Source: a virus
IMG/VR virus record: IMGVR_UViG_3300017991_000003
Span: 129,019 to 193,018 of that record
Strand: one strand, 5' to 3'
DNA length: 64,000 bases
Below are positions 63,954-64,000 of this stretch, one piece after another. A program made the position numbers and the translations under genes. Under the pieces are notes generated by a model, which ran no database searches, was not told the DNA's origin, and saw nothing but the letters and a program-made list of their open reading frames with translations. The first letter of the stretch is position 1; each line of letters begins with the position of its first letter.

Positions 63954-64000
63954 CCCCGTAGGGGGCCAGTACACTCTCATTGAGGGCCCAAGGACATGAC

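Noticed and set aside
1-64000. Eukaryotic giant-virus origin (many start codons in ATGG context; glycosyl- and sulfotransferases)
   Set aside because: Pervasive ATGA/GTGA start-stop overlaps indicate polycistronic operons, the tRNAs encode CCA, Cro/CI-type HTH regulators are present, and G at +4 is expected when Ala/Gly/Asp/Val codons dominate position 2 in GC-rich genes.
63954-64000. Possible gene start near the right edge (ATG around 63996)
   Set aside because: Too little sequence remains in the window to support a call.

Overview
High-GC window that reads as a tailed-phage or prophage-like region of a bacterial genome; the host cannot be identified from sequence alone. About 70 protein-coding genes sit in alternating leftward and rightward modules, with pervasive 1-8 nt start/stop overlaps (ATGA, GTGA, TGATG) typical of translationally coupled phage operons. 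All calls are from reading the sequence and the ORF track by eye; no searches or folding programs were run, and hand-counted coordinates of noncoding elements may be off by 1-2 nt. Layout: (1) 1-3339, small leftward hypothetical genes; (2) 3340-4486, noncoding stretch with two leftward tRNA-Leu genes (anticodons TAG and CAA, CCA encoded); (3) 4487-6532, leftward operon with two lipoproteins, one carrying an HExxH metallopeptidase motif; (4) 6608-11861, rightward operon with a GroES-like co-chaperonin followed by a glycan-modification cassette (GT-A-like, GT8-like, sulfotransferase, two SAM methyltransferases, two GT25); (5) 11922-14850, leftward regulatory genes including a Cro/CI-type HTH; (6) 15033-25011, rightward structural genes including a 1262-aa SPSP-motif fibrous protein; (7) 25057-31883, leftward small genes including zinc-ribbon and Cys-rich proteins and a second HTH regulator; (8) 31942-63953, rightward structural module dominated by giant adhesin/fiber-like proteins (3406, 1512, 1405 aa) with embedded PAS-domain and glutaredoxin-like genes. 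No integrase, terminase, portal, major capsid protein or polymerase was recognised. The most interesting signals are the sulfotransferase-containing glycan operon, a six-copy 21-22 bp inverted-repeat element that is phased with reading frames, and a 42-bp exact repeat upstream of two leftward operons.
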